Of a DNA stretch of 45,386 bases, positions 1 to 9,534 are shown piece by piece (the stretch's first letter is position 1; each line of letters opens with the position of its first letter). The notes below the pieces were generated by a model. It made no database searches, had not been told where the DNA came from, and saw only the letters and a list, made by a program, of their open reading frames with translations. This stretch comes from Lachnospiraceae bacterium (GTDB lineage Bacteria; Bacillota; Clostridia; Lachnospirales; Lachnospiraceae). A program made the translations under genes and the position numbers. The DNA lies in assembly GCA_017401005.1 (NCBI GenBank), contig JAFPRD010000090.1, positions 1 to 45,386 of the forward strand, in the 5' to 3' direction.

Positions 1-117
1 CCCCTTTTTATTGCCCAAAAGGGAGTCTTTTCTTCGGAATCTTTAATTTATTCGCTTAATTTGTCCGAATTCAATAACAATTTTCCGGAATTTTGTAAAC
101 TATTTGATTGCATTTGG

Positions 118-126
118 TGCTATAAT
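118..126 (+). promoter_or_regulatory. Extended -10 sigmaA promoter element (TGcTATAAT) for the hydrogenase-MCP gene
   Basis: TGCTATAAT at 118-126, about 60 nt upstream of the ATG at 187; no good -35 seen. Confidence 0.55.
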
Positions 127-186
127 CATGTTGTTGATAAAATTTTACCTTTTATTTGGGAACGAAAAGGTGGATAGGAGTAGAAT

Positions 187-2136
187 ATGTTAGGAAACGG
201 ACTTGTCTTTACCAATGAGAATTGCGTTGGATGTAACAAATGTATCAGTGTCTGCAGTGCCATGGGTGCTTGCGTATCTGAAGAAGCTGACGAAAACGGA
301 AAGTCTCGGATCGATGTTGACGGTGACAGATGCATAGCCTGCGGTGCCTGCTTTGACGTCTGCATGCATGGCGCCAGAGAGTTTCTTGATGATACGAATA
401 AGTTCTTCGAAGACCTTAAAAAGGGCGAAAACATTTCTGTACTTATCGCTCCTGCATTCAAGGCAAATTACCCGGATGAATATGAATCTGTGCTGGGCGG
501 CTTAAAGGCTTTAGGCGTAAAGCGATTTATAAGCGTATCCTTTGGCGCGGATATTACTACTTGGGGCTACATCAACTACATTCAGAAAAATAACTTCCTT
601 GGGGGCATTTCTCAGCCCTGCCCCGCTGTTGTAGGATATATCGAAAGGTATATGCCTGAACTTATCCCGAATCTTTTCCCCGTACAAAGCCCTATGATGT
701 GTACTGCCATCTATGCGAAGAAGCAGATGGGTATTACGGATAAACTTGCATTTATCAGCCCCTGTATAGCTAAAAAGATGGAGATCGACGATCCCAATAA
801 TAAGGGATACATTTCTTATAACGTAACTTTCGACCATCTTATGGAATATGTACGTAAGAATAATATAAAAGGTGCGCCCTGCAGTGATGAGATTGAGTAC
901 GGACTTGGCTCCATCTATCCCACACCCGGCGGACTTAAGGAAAATGTTTACTGGCTTCTCGGCGAAAGCGTATTTATCCGCCAGATCGAGGGCGAGAAGA
1001 GGATGTACAATTTCCTTAAGGAGAACAAGAACAGGATTTCTTCAAAAAAGACACCATATCTGTTTATTGATGCACTAAACTGCGAGAGCGGCTGTATCTG
1101 CGGAACCGGTACCGATCCCGAAATATCCGAGACGGATGATGCGCTTTACGCTCTCTTAAATATCAGAGAATCCGTTAAAACAAGCGGGAAGAAGGGAGTC
1201 TGGGCTAAGAACAATACCCCGGAAAAGAGGCTTGCTGCATTAAATAAGCAGTTTGCAAATCTTAATCTCGACGATTATCTGAGAAAATATACCGATAAAT
1301 CGAAGAGCTGTCCTATCAAGACTCCTTCGAACGCCGATCTTGACCGTATCTTTAACGATATGATGAAGAAGGATGAAGAGTCCAGAAATATCAACTGTTC
1401 ATGTTGCGGATATGATACCTGTAAAGATATGGCAACGGCCATCTTTAACGGTTTCAACCATAAAGACAATTGCGTTCACTATCTTAAGGGACTCGTTGAA
1501 GAAGAACGTGAGAACGCCCAGTCACTGGTCGTTGAAGAAAGAGAGAGGCTTGACAGCCAAAAGCAGGCTCTTTTTGAGACTATCAGGGTAGTAAACGAAA
1601 ACTTTGATACTTTAAGACAGTCCATTGACGAGATGGTAGGCGGAAATGATATGAATGCCCAGGAGAGCACAGGTATCTCGCAGGATGTCGGAAATGTCGA
1701 GGAATTCTGCCAGACCATGAAAACATCTATGGGCGGTATACTTGAAGCTCTTCAGGAATTGCAGAGCAGTAACGAAAGAGTTGTTGATATTGCATCTCAG
1801 ACAAATCTGCTGGCGCTTAACGCTTCCATTGAAGCGGCCAGAGCCGGAGAAGCGGGAAGAGGCTTTGCGGTTGTAGCAGATGAGATCAACCACCTCGCTT
1901 CCGATTCAAGGGCTACCGCCGAAGGTACCGCAGTAAACAATAATGCTATCAAGGTGGCTGTTGATGCTATGGTTGAGAATATCTCAAAGCTTCTCGATAT
2001 TGTTAACAGCGTAAACTCAAGGACCCAAAATCTTGCCGCTTCCACAGAGCAGATTTCTGCTTCCACTACACTGATCCTTGAAACTGTCGACTCAGTAGGA
2101 CGCGAACTTGAAAAGCTTGCTTCGCAGGCCGGATAG
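187..2136 (+). CDS. Sensory [FeFe]-hydrogenase-like protein fused to a methyl-accepting chemotaxis signalling domain (group C2-like)
   Basis: Two N-terminal 4Fe-4S motifs ([22 protein letters not shown]); variant H-cluster motifs [30 protein letters not shown]; FeS motif [10 protein letters not shown]; MCP hairpin [30 protein letters not shown]; no TM segment; AGGAG RBS. Confidence 0.9.
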   Translation: MLGNGLVFTNENCVGCNKCISVCSAMGACVSEEADENGKSRIDVDGDRCIACGACFDVCMHGAREFLDDTNKFFEDLKKGENISVLIAPAFKANYPDEYESVLGGLKALGVKRFISVSFGADITTWGYINYIQKNNFLGGISQPCPAVVGYIERYMPELIPNLFPVQSPMMCTAIYAKKQMGITDKLAFISPCIAKKMEIDDPNNKGYISYNVTFDHLMEYVRKNNIKGAPCSDEIEYGLGSIYPTPGGLKENVYWLLGESVFIRQIEGEKRMYNFLKENKNRISSKKTPYLFIDALNCESGCICGTGTDPEISETDDALYALLNIRESVKTSGKKGVWAKNNTPEKRLAALNKQFANLNLDDYLRKYTDKSKSCPIKTPSNADLDRIFNDMMKKDEESRNINCSCCGYDTCKDMATAIFNGFNHKDNCVHYLKGLVEEERENAQSLVVEERERLDSQKQALFETIRVVNENFDTLRQSIDEMVGGNDMNAQESTGISQDVGNVEEFCQTMKTSMGGILEALQELQSSNERVVDIASQTNLLALNASIEAARAGEAGRGFAVVADEINHLASDSRATAEGTAVNNNAIKVAVDAMVENISKLLDIVNSVNSRTQNLAASTEQISASTTLILETVDSVGRELEKLASQAG

Positions 2137-2145
2137 GTATAAATA

Positions 2146-2154
2146 TGGTATAAT
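2146..2154 (+). promoter_or_regulatory. Extended -10 promoter element (TGgTATAAT) for the GGDEF gene
   Basis: TGGTATAAT in the short intergenic gap before RBS GGAGGT at 2175-2180. Confidence 0.55.
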
Positions 2155-2184
2155 GATTCAAATAAGAGTTTTTTGGAGGTAATG

Positions 2185-3483
2185 ATGTCTGATACTCATA
2201 CAGTTAAAAATGTTATTTCTCAAAAGCTTTTGGCAATCGTTATTATACCAACGCTGTTGTTGGCGGCCGCTACGGCAATAATCGGCTACAATCTCACTCT
2301 TAAGGCCCTCGCAAGGGGCCTTGAAAGTGAGCTCGGTTCCGTGGCCGCCATGACAGCTTTCAATATAAACACTCGCTACCCCGGTGACTACGAGCTTGTG
2401 GGAGATGAAGGCTTCAGCCTTTTAAAAGGCGGAGAGGACATAACAAGAAGCTATGAACTTGTTGATATGGTGGGAGATGAAACGGGACTGGAGGTAAGCC
2501 TTATTTATAAGGATACAAGAATCCTTACCACTATAACAGACAAGTCGGGCGGAAGGATCGTGGGAACCGGAATCGCCGAGCAGGTTGAGAAAAAGCTCGA
2601 AGACGAAGGGGAGAGTGTTTTCTACGAAAGAACCCTGATAGGCAGGGAAAACTTTTTCTCATACTACTACCCGCTTACTAATTCAGACGGAAACCTTGTA
2701 GGGGCTCTGGAAATCTGCAGCCCTTACTTACCTGTGTCCGCTTTGGCCTGGAGACCGGTTATGGTCGTAACGGCAATGATCGTTGTGGTTATGGTCGTTC
2801 TTATTGTGCTGATCTATAACCACAGTAAGGATACGGGAAGTGCTACTATAAAGCTCCTTAAATTTACGCAGCAGGCTGCTAAGGGCAACGATGCGGTAGA
2901 GCTGGATCCATCTGTACTTGCGAGGGACGACGAGCTCGGATCTATCGGAAACTCCGTTCTCGAGATGCACCGTTCCTTAAGGGATATGATGGACAAGGAT
3001 GCGCTTACAAAGCTCTTTAACCGAAGAAGCGCCAACAGAAAGCTTGATATAATACGTTCTCACTATGTAAACGGCGGAAAGTCGTACTCCGTAGCCATCG
3101 GTGACATTGATTTCTTTAAAAAAGTCAACGATACATACGGACATGATGCCGGAGACCTTGTGCTCATCACTGTGTCCGATGTTTTACAAAAGCATCTGAA
3201 GAATCGCGGATTTGTTGCAAGGTGGGGCGGTGAGGAATTCCTTCTCGTATTCGATAAGATGGATATCAAAGAAGCGGAAGCCGAGCTTTGGAGTATTCTC
3301 GAGGAGCTTCGTGCCACGGAGATAGCCTATGATAATCTTATAATAAAAGTCACTATGAGTTTCGGAGTGGTCTGTGCTCCGGACCTTGATCAGGACGAGA
3401 TAATAAAGATGGCGGACGATAATCTTTATTATGCAAAGGAAAGCGGAAGAAACCGCGTAATTTCAATAATTCCCAAGGCTTAA
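2185..3483 (+). CDS. Membrane-bound diguanylate cyclase (Cache-like sensor, HAMP, GGDEF)
   Basis: Two TM segments flanking a Cache-like region (RILTTI..GRIVGT), HAMP (RDDELGSI), DALTKLFNRR, DIDFFKKVNDTYGHDAGD, RWGGEEF; start chosen from RBS spacing (2182 also possible). Confidence 0.9.
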   Translation: MSDTHTVKNVISQKLLAIVIIPTLLLAAATAIIGYNLTLKALARGLESELGSVAAMTAFNINTRYPGDYELVGDEGFSLLKGGEDITRSYELVDMVGDETGLEVSLIYKDTRILTTITDKSGGRIVGTGIAEQVEKKLEDEGESVFYERTLIGRENFFSYYYPLTNSDGNLVGALEICSPYLPVSALAWRPVMVVTAMIVVVMVVLIVLIYNHSKDTGSATIKLLKFTQQAAKGNDAVELDPSVLARDDELGSIGNSVLEMHRSLRDMMDKDALTKLFNRRSANRKLDIIRSHYVNGGKSYSVAIGDIDFFKKVNDTYGHDAGDLVLITVSDVLQKHLKNRGFVARWGGEEFLLVFDKMDIKEAEAELWSILEELRATEIAYDNLIIKVTMSFGVVCAPDLDQDEIIKMADDNLYYAKESGRNRVISIIPKA

Positions 3484-3563
3484 AAAGAATAATTTCGTTA
3501 TAATTATGCAACAAAGTGCATAAACTTTTGCAAATTATCCTTGTATACATGTATAATTTGTTA

Positions 3564-3592
3564 TTGACAAATGGTATTTAATCTCTTAAAAT
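3564..3592 (+). promoter_or_regulatory. SigmaA promoter of the liv operon
   Basis: TTGACA (3564-3569), 17 nt spacer, TAAAAT (3587-3592). Confidence 0.7.
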
Positions 3593-3681
3593 CTTCGATA
3601 TAAAGCCAATGAGGGCCTTCCAAAACGGGAAGGCTTTTTTGGTAAAATCGCGACAAGCGAAGAAATCTGGAGGAAATGATT

Positions 3682-4914
3682 ATGAAAAAGAAATTACTTT
3701 CTGTAGTTCTTGCGGGCCTCATGGCTATGTCACTTGCTGCATGCGGCGCCCAGGGAAATGCGGGATCTGAAGGAAACGCTTCTTCAGCTGCAGAGCTCCC
3801 CACCGCTCCTACCGAGGACGGAGGCCTTAAGGGTACCTTGAAGGTTGGTCTTATCGGACCCCTTACCGGAGCAGCTGCTCTTTACGGAAACGCTGTTGAC
3901 AACGGAGCTAAGATCGCTGTTGAAGAGATCAATGCCGAAGACAGTGCTTTCCAGATCGAATACAAGGCACAGGACGACGAGCATGACGCCGAGAAATCTG
4001 TTAACGCGTACAACCAGCTCAAGGACTGGGGCGTACAGGTTATCGTAGGTACCGTTACCACTACCCCCTGCATCGCAGTAAGCGCTGAAGCCAACAACGA
4101 TCGTATCTTTATGCTTACTCCTTCAGCATCAGCTGCTGATGTTACCGCTAATAAGGACCAGACTTATCAGCTTTGCTTCTCAGACCCCAACCAGGGATCT
4201 GCATCCGCTCAGTACATTTCTGAAAACGGACTTGCTACAAAGGTAGCAATCATCTACAAGAACGATGATGCATACTCAACCGGAATCTATCAGACATTCA
4301 AGACAAAGGCTGCAGAGCTTGGACTTGAGGTTGTTTCCGAGACCACTTTCATGGACGGAAGCGACAACGACTTCACCGTACAGCTTACAGACGCTAAGGA
4401 CAAGGGGGCAGACCTCGTATTCCTTCCTATGTACTACACTCCCGCATCATTAATCCTTTCACAGGCTGATGCTATGGGATATGCTCCTACCTTCTTTGGC
4501 GTAGACGGAATGGACGGTATCCTTGGAATCGAGGGATTTGATACCTCACTTGCAGAGGACGTAATCCTTCTTACTCCTTTCGCAGCAGATGCTACCGACG
4601 ATCTTACCGTTAATTTTGTTACTAAGTTCGAAGCAGCATATAACGAGACTCCCATCCAGTTCGCTGCTGACGGATATGATTGCCCTAAGGCTATTCACGC
4701 TGCTCTCAAGTTCTACGCTGCAAACAACGGCGGACTTGATGTAGACAAGTTATCGGCATCCGATCTTTGCCAGATTCTTATTTCTGTACTTTCAGATCCC
4801 GCTTTCTCAGTAGACGGTGTTACCGGTGAGAAGATGCAGTGGTCTGCAAACGGAGAAGTAAACAAGGCTCCTAAGGGAATGGTTATCAAGAACGGCGTAT
4901 ACGTTGGTCTGTAA
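3682..4914 (+). CDS. livJ: ABC transporter substrate-binding lipoprotein, LivJ/LivK family
   Basis: Lipobox LAAC; KVGLIGPLTGAAALYG and DDEHDAEKSVNAY motifs; first gene of a livHMGF-type operon; RBS GGAGG at 3669-3673. Confidence 0.9.
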   Translation: MKKKLLSVVLAGLMAMSLAACGAQGNAGSEGNASSAAELPTAPTEDGGLKGTLKVGLIGPLTGAAALYGNAVDNGAKIAVEEINAEDSAFQIEYKAQDDEHDAEKSVNAYNQLKDWGVQVIVGTVTTTPCIAVSAEANNDRIFMLTPSASAADVTANKDQTYQLCFSDPNQGSASAQYISENGLATKVAIIYKNDDAYSTGIYQTFKTKAAELGLEVVSETTFMDGSDNDFTVQLTDAKDKGADLVFLPMYYTPASLILSQADAMGYAPTFFGVDGMDGILGIEGFDTSLAEDVILLTPFAADATDDLTVNFVTKFEAAYNETPIQFAADGYDCPKAIHAALKFYAANNGGLDVDKLSASDLCQILISVLSDPAFSVDGVTGEKMQWSANGEVNKAPKGMVIKNGVYVGL

Positions 4915-4951
4915 TACAGCCGAATGATACGCGAATAGATGTAGATCATCA

Positions 4952-4984
4952 GTCGGGGCTGTCATGGCGGCGGCCCCGATTTTT
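4952..4984 (+). terminator. Stem-loop with U-tract after the binding-protein gene (partial terminator or mRNA stabiliser)
   Basis: GTCGGGGCTGTC-loop-GGCGGCCCCGAT followed by a T run. Confidence 0.7.
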
Positions 4985-5022
4985 AGGATTAAAAAATATA
5001 TTTAATACCGAAAGGCAACGAT

Positions 5023-5895
5023 ATGTTAAATTATCTGATCAGCGGAATAAGCTTAGGCAGTGTATACGCCATAATCGCTCTGGGCTATACAATGGTTTAT
5101 GGAATTGCGAAGATGCTTAATTTTGCACACGGAGATGTTATTATGGTCGGCGGATATGCGGCGTTTTGCGCTTCATCATATCTCGGATGGCCTGTTCCTC
5201 TTTGCGTGCTTTTTTCGATGATGATATGCACAATTTTAGGTATTGTCATTGAAAAGCTTGCATATAAGCCTCTTCGAAATGCCACAAGCCTTGCGGTACT
5301 TATTACCGCAATCGGCGTGTCGTATTTCTTACAAAATATCGCTCTTTTGATCTGGACCTCGAATCCCAAGGCTTTCCCCAATATGGCGGACTTTGTGCCT
5401 CCCATAAAGCTTGGAGAGATCACAATTCCTTCGGTAACCGTTATCACTGTTGCCGCAAGTATCGTTATTATGATCGCCCTCACCCTCTTTACGGGAATGA
5501 CCAAGATGGGTAAGGCTATGCGCGCGGTATCCGAAGATAAGGGTGCGGCACAGCTTATGGGTATCAATGTCAACGCCACTATTTCGACTACCTTTGCAAT
5601 CGGATCCGGACTGGCGGCTATCGCGGGAGTACTCCTTTGCTCGGCATATCCTACGCTTATGCCTACAACCGGTTCTATGCCAGGTATCAAGGCTTTTACG
5701 GCAGCGGTACTCGGCGGTATAGGCTCTATTCCCGGTGCTATGCTCGGAGGAATCCTTTTGGGAGTCCTTGAAAAGTTTGCGCAGGCATACATTTCGACTC
5801 AGCTCTCGGATGCAATCGTGTTCGCGGCACTTATTGTAGTGCTGCTTGTTAAACCTACCGGTCTTCTTGGCAAGAAGATTACGGAGAAAGTCTAA
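5023..5895 (+). CDS. livH: Branched-chain amino acid-type ABC transporter permease
   Basis: GSVYAIIALGYTMVYG..LNFAHG; GKAMRAVSED..AAQLMGINV; multi-TM. Confidence 0.93.
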   Translation: MLNYLISGISLGSVYAIIALGYTMVYGIAKMLNFAHGDVIMVGGYAAFCASSYLGWPVPLCVLFSMMICTILGIVIEKLAYKPLRNATSLAVLITAIGVSYFLQNIALLIWTSNPKAFPNMADFVPPIKLGEITIPSVTVITVAASIVIMIALTLFTGMTKMGKAMRAVSEDKGAAQLMGINVNATISTTFAIGSGLAAIAGVLLCSAYPTLMPTTGSMPGIKAFTAAVLGGIGSIPGAMLGGILLGVLEKFAQAYISTQLSDAIVFAALIVVLLVKPTGLLGKKITEKV

Positions 5896-5912
5896 GGAGG
5901 AGGTTTGAAGAT

Positions 5913-6995
5913 ATGGGTAAGAAAATAAACTTCCTCGGAAAAACGAATAAAAACTCATTGATGGGTCTTATAAATTTCGGAATAATAATCGTATTTTTTG
6001 CGGTTGTAACAATCCTTAAAGGCGCGGGCGGACTTACCAATGCTCTCGAAGGTCAGCTCATCCCTATCTGTGCCTATATAATCATGGCCCTTTCATTAAA
6101 CCTTGTGGTAGGTATCTCCGGAGAGCTTTCTCTCGGACATGCCGGATTTATGAGCGTAGGAGCGTTTACCGGTGTTATAGTTGCCGGCGCAATGAAGTAT
6201 AACGGGGTTAACGCAAACCTTCCCAGACTCATCGTAGCAATTGTTCTGGGTGCGATTTTTGCCGCTATAGCAGGTATACTTATCGGAATCCCCGTACTTC
6301 GCCTTCGCGGAGACTATCTTGCCATAGTTACGCTGGCTTTCGGTGAGATCATCAAAAACGTACTTAACTGCCTTTACGTCGGTGTGGACGGTGCGGGACT
6401 TCACTTTTCCGTTACCGATGAGGCCCATATGGATATGGCGGCAGGAGGAACAACCCTTGTCCGCGGTCCCATGGGAGCGGTAGGCATTACGAAAGCCTCC
6501 TCTTTTGCGGCCGGAATCGTACTGATACTACTTGTACTTTTTGTGATCCAGAATCTTGTTAACAGCCGTACGGGCCGTGCTATCATGGCTATCCGTGACA
6601 ACAGGATCGCTGCGGAAGCTTCCGGAATCAATGTTACCAAGTACAAGATGATTGCTTTTGTAACATCAGCTGCCATAGCAGGTTCTGCAGGCGCTTTATA
6701 CGCTCTTAACTACTCGACGATCGTGCCCAAGAAGTTTGACTTTAATACTTCTATTCTTGTGCTTGTATTTGTTGTGCTGGGCGGTATCGGAAATATGACC
6801 GGATCCATCATAGCGGCAGCAGTCCTTACGATTCTTCCCGAGCTTTTCAGACAGTTCCAGGACTATCGTATGCTGGTTTACGCCATTGTGCTGATCCTTG
6901 TTATGATTGCCACCAACAGCGAAAAGATCCGCGCTTTATGGAAGCGGTTTACCGGACTTTTTTCTTCAAAGAAAGGGGGCAGCGTAAATGAGTAA
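5913..6995 (+). CDS. livM: Branched-chain amino acid-type ABC transporter permease
   Basis: LSLGHAGF, LRLRGDYLAIVTLAFGEII, GRAIMAIRDN motifs. Confidence 0.93.
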   Translation: MGKKINFLGKTNKNSLMGLINFGIIIVFFAVVTILKGAGGLTNALEGQLIPICAYIIMALSLNLVVGISGELSLGHAGFMSVGAFTGVIVAGAMKYNGVNANLPRLIVAIVLGAIFAAIAGILIGIPVLRLRGDYLAIVTLAFGEIIKNVLNCLYVGVDGAGLHFSVTDEAHMDMAAGGTTLVRGPMGAVGITKASSFAAGIVLILLVLFVIQNLVNSRTGRAIMAIRDNRIAAEASGINVTKYKMIAFVTSAAIAGSAGALYALNYSTIVPKKFDFNTSILVLVFVVLGGIGNMTGSIIAAAVLTILPELFRQFQDYRMLVYAIVLILVMIATNSEKIRALWKRFTGLFSSKKGGSVNE

Positions 6996-7851
6996 CAATC
7001 CGAATGAAACAAAGTATATAGAAGTACCGGGACCCGGAAAGATTCCGGAAAGAGACAGAGGAAAGCGCCCCGTTTTGGAAGCAAGCCACCTTGGAATCGA
7101 TTTCGGCGGACTGACAGCGGTTGATGAATTCAATATAGCTATCGGAGCTACCGAGATCGGAGGACTTATCGGCCCCAACGGAGCCGGAAAAACTACGGTT
7201 TTCAACCTCCTTACCAAGGTTTACCAGCCTACCAGGGGAGTGATAATGCTCGACGGCAAGGATACCCACGGTATGAACACAACCCAGGCAAACCAGGCCG
7301 GAATCGCCAGAACCTTCCAGAATATCAGACTTTTTGACAAACTTACGGTTGAGGAAAATGTTAAGATAGGACTTCATAATTCCATCGGTTATCATCTTCC
7401 TTCCGCTGTGCTCAGACTTCCAAGATATTGGAAAGAAGAGAAAAAGGCACATGACCGTGCTCTTGAGCTCCTTGATATATTTGATATGGCAGATCTTGCG
7501 GATGTGCGTTCTTCATCGCTCCCCTACGGCGCGCAGAGACGCCTTGAGATAGTAAGGGCTCTTGCCACAAATCCCAAGGTGCTTTTACTTGATGAGCCTG
7601 CTGCGGGAATGAACCCTTCGGAGACCGAAGAACTTATGAACAATATAAGAAAGATCCGCGATACATTTAATATTGCAGTCCTTCTTATTGAGCATGACAT
7701 GAATCTTGTTATGGGAATCTGCGAGAATATTATTGTGCTTAACTTTGGAAAGATCATAGCAAAGGGAACCCCCAGCGAAATACAGAGCAATCCCAAAGTT
7801 ATCGAGGCATACCTCGGAAATACCGCAGAAGGGGAGGAAGCAGATGGCTGA
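6988..7851 (+). CDS. livG: ABC transporter ATP-binding protein
   Basis: Walker A GPNGAGKT, ARTFQNIRLF, LPYGAQRRLEI, LLLDEPAAG. Confidence 0.93.
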   Translation: MSNNPNETKYIEVPGPGKIPERDRGKRPVLEASHLGIDFGGLTAVDEFNIAIGATEIGGLIGPNGAGKTTVFNLLTKVYQPTRGVIMLDGKDTHGMNTTQANQAGIARTFQNIRLFDKLTVEENVKIGLHNSIGYHLPSAVLRLPRYWKEEKKAHDRALELLDIFDMADLADVRSSSLPYGAQRRLEIVRALATNPKVLLLDEPAAGMNPSETEELMNNIRKIRDTFNIAVLLIEHDMNLVMGICENIIVLNFGKIIAKGTPSEIQSNPKVIEAYLGNTAEGEEADG

Positions 7852-8557
7852 TACACTTCTTAAAGTAGATGATTTAAATGTATATTACGGAAACATACAT
7901 GCCATAAAGGGAATATCTTTTGAGGTAAAAGAAGGGGAGATAGTAACTCTTATCGGAGCCAACGGCGCCGGAAAGTCGACTTCCCTTAATACGGTAAGCG
8001 GACTTTTAAAGCCTAAGACAGGAACCATAGAGTTTTGCGGGAAGAGTATTGCGGGAATGCCTGCGCATAAAATCGTGCGGGACGGACTTGCTCTTTGCCC
8101 CGAGGGAAGAAGAGTGTTCCTGCAGCTTTCCGTTAAGGAAAACCTTGAAATGGGTGCATATACACGCTCGATGTCGGAGGTCGGCGAGTCGATAGAAAAA
8201 GTCTACGAGCTTTTCCCGAGATTAAAAGAAAGATACAAGCAGGTAGCAGGAACCTTGTCCGGAGGTGAGCAGCAGATGCTTGCCATGGGACGCGCTCTTA
8301 TGAGTAAGCCCAGACTTATGATGCTTGATGAGCCTTCAATGGGCCTGGCACCGATACTTGTAGATCAGATTTTTGACATAATTAAGGACCTTCACAAAGC
8401 AGGAACCACAATCCTGCTTGTAGAACAGAATGCGAGAAAAGCGCTTGCGGTAGCTGACAGAGCGTACGTTCTTGAGACGGGAAGAATCGTTAATACCGGA
8501 ACGGGAAGCGAACTTCTTAGTGATGACAGCGTAAAAAAAGCATATCTGGGCGGTTGA
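7844..8557 (+). CDS. livF: ABC transporter ATP-binding protein
   Basis: GANGAGKS, PEGRRVF, LSGGEQQML, LDEPSMGLAP. Confidence 0.95.
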   Translation: MADTLLKVDDLNVYYGNIHAIKGISFEVKEGEIVTLIGANGAGKSTSLNTVSGLLKPKTGTIEFCGKSIAGMPAHKIVRDGLALCPEGRRVFLQLSVKENLEMGAYTRSMSEVGESIEKVYELFPRLKERYKQVAGTLSGGEQQMLAMGRALMSKPRLMMLDEPSMGLAPILVDQIFDIIKDLHKAGTTILLVEQNARKALAVADRAYVLETGRIVNTGTGSELLSDDSVKKAYLGG

Positions 8558-8588
8558 GGAAACTATCCGGAAAATTACAGAGTTAAAA

Positions 8589-8623
8589 GTAAGTCTGCTC
8601 TTTTTCGAGCGGGCTTATTTTTT
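8589..8623 (+). terminator. Intrinsic terminator of the liv operon
   Basis: AAGTCTGCTC-loop-GAGCGGGCTT followed by ATTTTTT. Confidence 0.75.
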
Positions 8624-8788
8624 GCCTTGAGAATGTATACAGATATTCAATGCAAAAGAGGAAACCAAAGGGCATTATTCAGATTTCGGACATTTAAAGG
8701 TTGCTTTAATTGGGAATATGTGAGAAAATAAATCGTTGTAGTCTGCCCGGACTTTATTTTGCGGCAGCTGCTTTAGTTGGAGAAAGCT

Positions 8789-9532
8789 ATGAAGATTTTG
8801 CTCTTAAACGGAAGCCTCAGAGGCGGAAGAAGTTCATCGCTCAAAGTGGCGCATGCCTTTATTGACGGAATCCTTTCGGAAATTCCGGACGCCGAGGTCA
8901 CAGAGGTTGCCCTTAAGGATAAAAAAATAGAACATTGCATGGGGTGTCTTTGCTGCTGGAAGAATGAAAAGGGCAAATGCATTATCCATGATGATATGGA
9001 TGAGATTAGAGACCTTGTGATGGCCAGTGATATCATCATCGAGAGTTTTCCGCTTTATTTTTTCGGACAACCTTCAAAGATGAAAGCCTTTGTGGATCGT
9101 ATGATTTCCTACGTATCTGAGTACAGAGGAGTAGGCGGCAACGAAGAAAGCGGCAGTTTCCTTCACAAAATGCGTTATCCGGAGCTGATGCAAAAGAAAC
9201 TTGTACTTGTTTCGAGCTGTGGATACGAAAAGACGGAAGGATGTTACGGACCCATAAAGCAGCAGTATGATATTATATGCGGTGAGGGTAATTATACTCT
9301 GATCACCTGCGCGCAGGGCGGTATGATCGCTGAGGAAACCCTTCAGTCAAAGGTTCAAAAATACCTGGTAAGATTTACCGAAGCGGGACAGGAGTTTGCA
9401 AGAGAGGGCAAAGTCAGTGAAGAAACCCTTGCGAAGCTTGCGATTCCGATGCTTGGACATAACACCTTTGAAAGAATCATTAACCTTAATTGGGACGATC
9501 CTAATGTCGGTCCTTACGGCAGAAAGGGTTAG
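8789..9532 (+). CDS. Flavodoxin-fold iron-sulfur flavoprotein / NADPH-dependent FMN reductase family
   Basis: MKILLLNGSLRGGRSSS FMN loop; CMGCLCCW...C compact Cys motif; SFPLYFF; ATG 8789 follows GGAG. Confidence 0.8.
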   Translation: MKILLLNGSLRGGRSSSLKVAHAFIDGILSEIPDAEVTEVALKDKKIEHCMGCLCCWKNEKGKCIIHDDMDEIRDLVMASDIIIESFPLYFFGQPSKMKAFVDRMISYVSEYRGVGGNEESGSFLHKMRYPELMQKKLVLVSSCGYEKTEGCYGPIKQQYDIICGEGNYTLITCAQGGMIAEETLQSKVQKYLVRFTEAGQEFAREGKVSEETLAKLAIPMLGHNTFERIINLNWDDPNVGPYGRKG

Positions 9533-9534
9533 AA

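Noticed and set aside
44-71. Sigma28 promoter for the hydrogenase-MCP gene (TAAT-N16-TCCGAATT)
   Set aside because: Spacing and both elements deviate from consensus; an extended -10 at 118-126 is a better explanation
3595-3681. T-box leader for the liv operon
   Set aside because: Leader is under 90 nt and has no GGTGGTACCGCG-like T-box sequence
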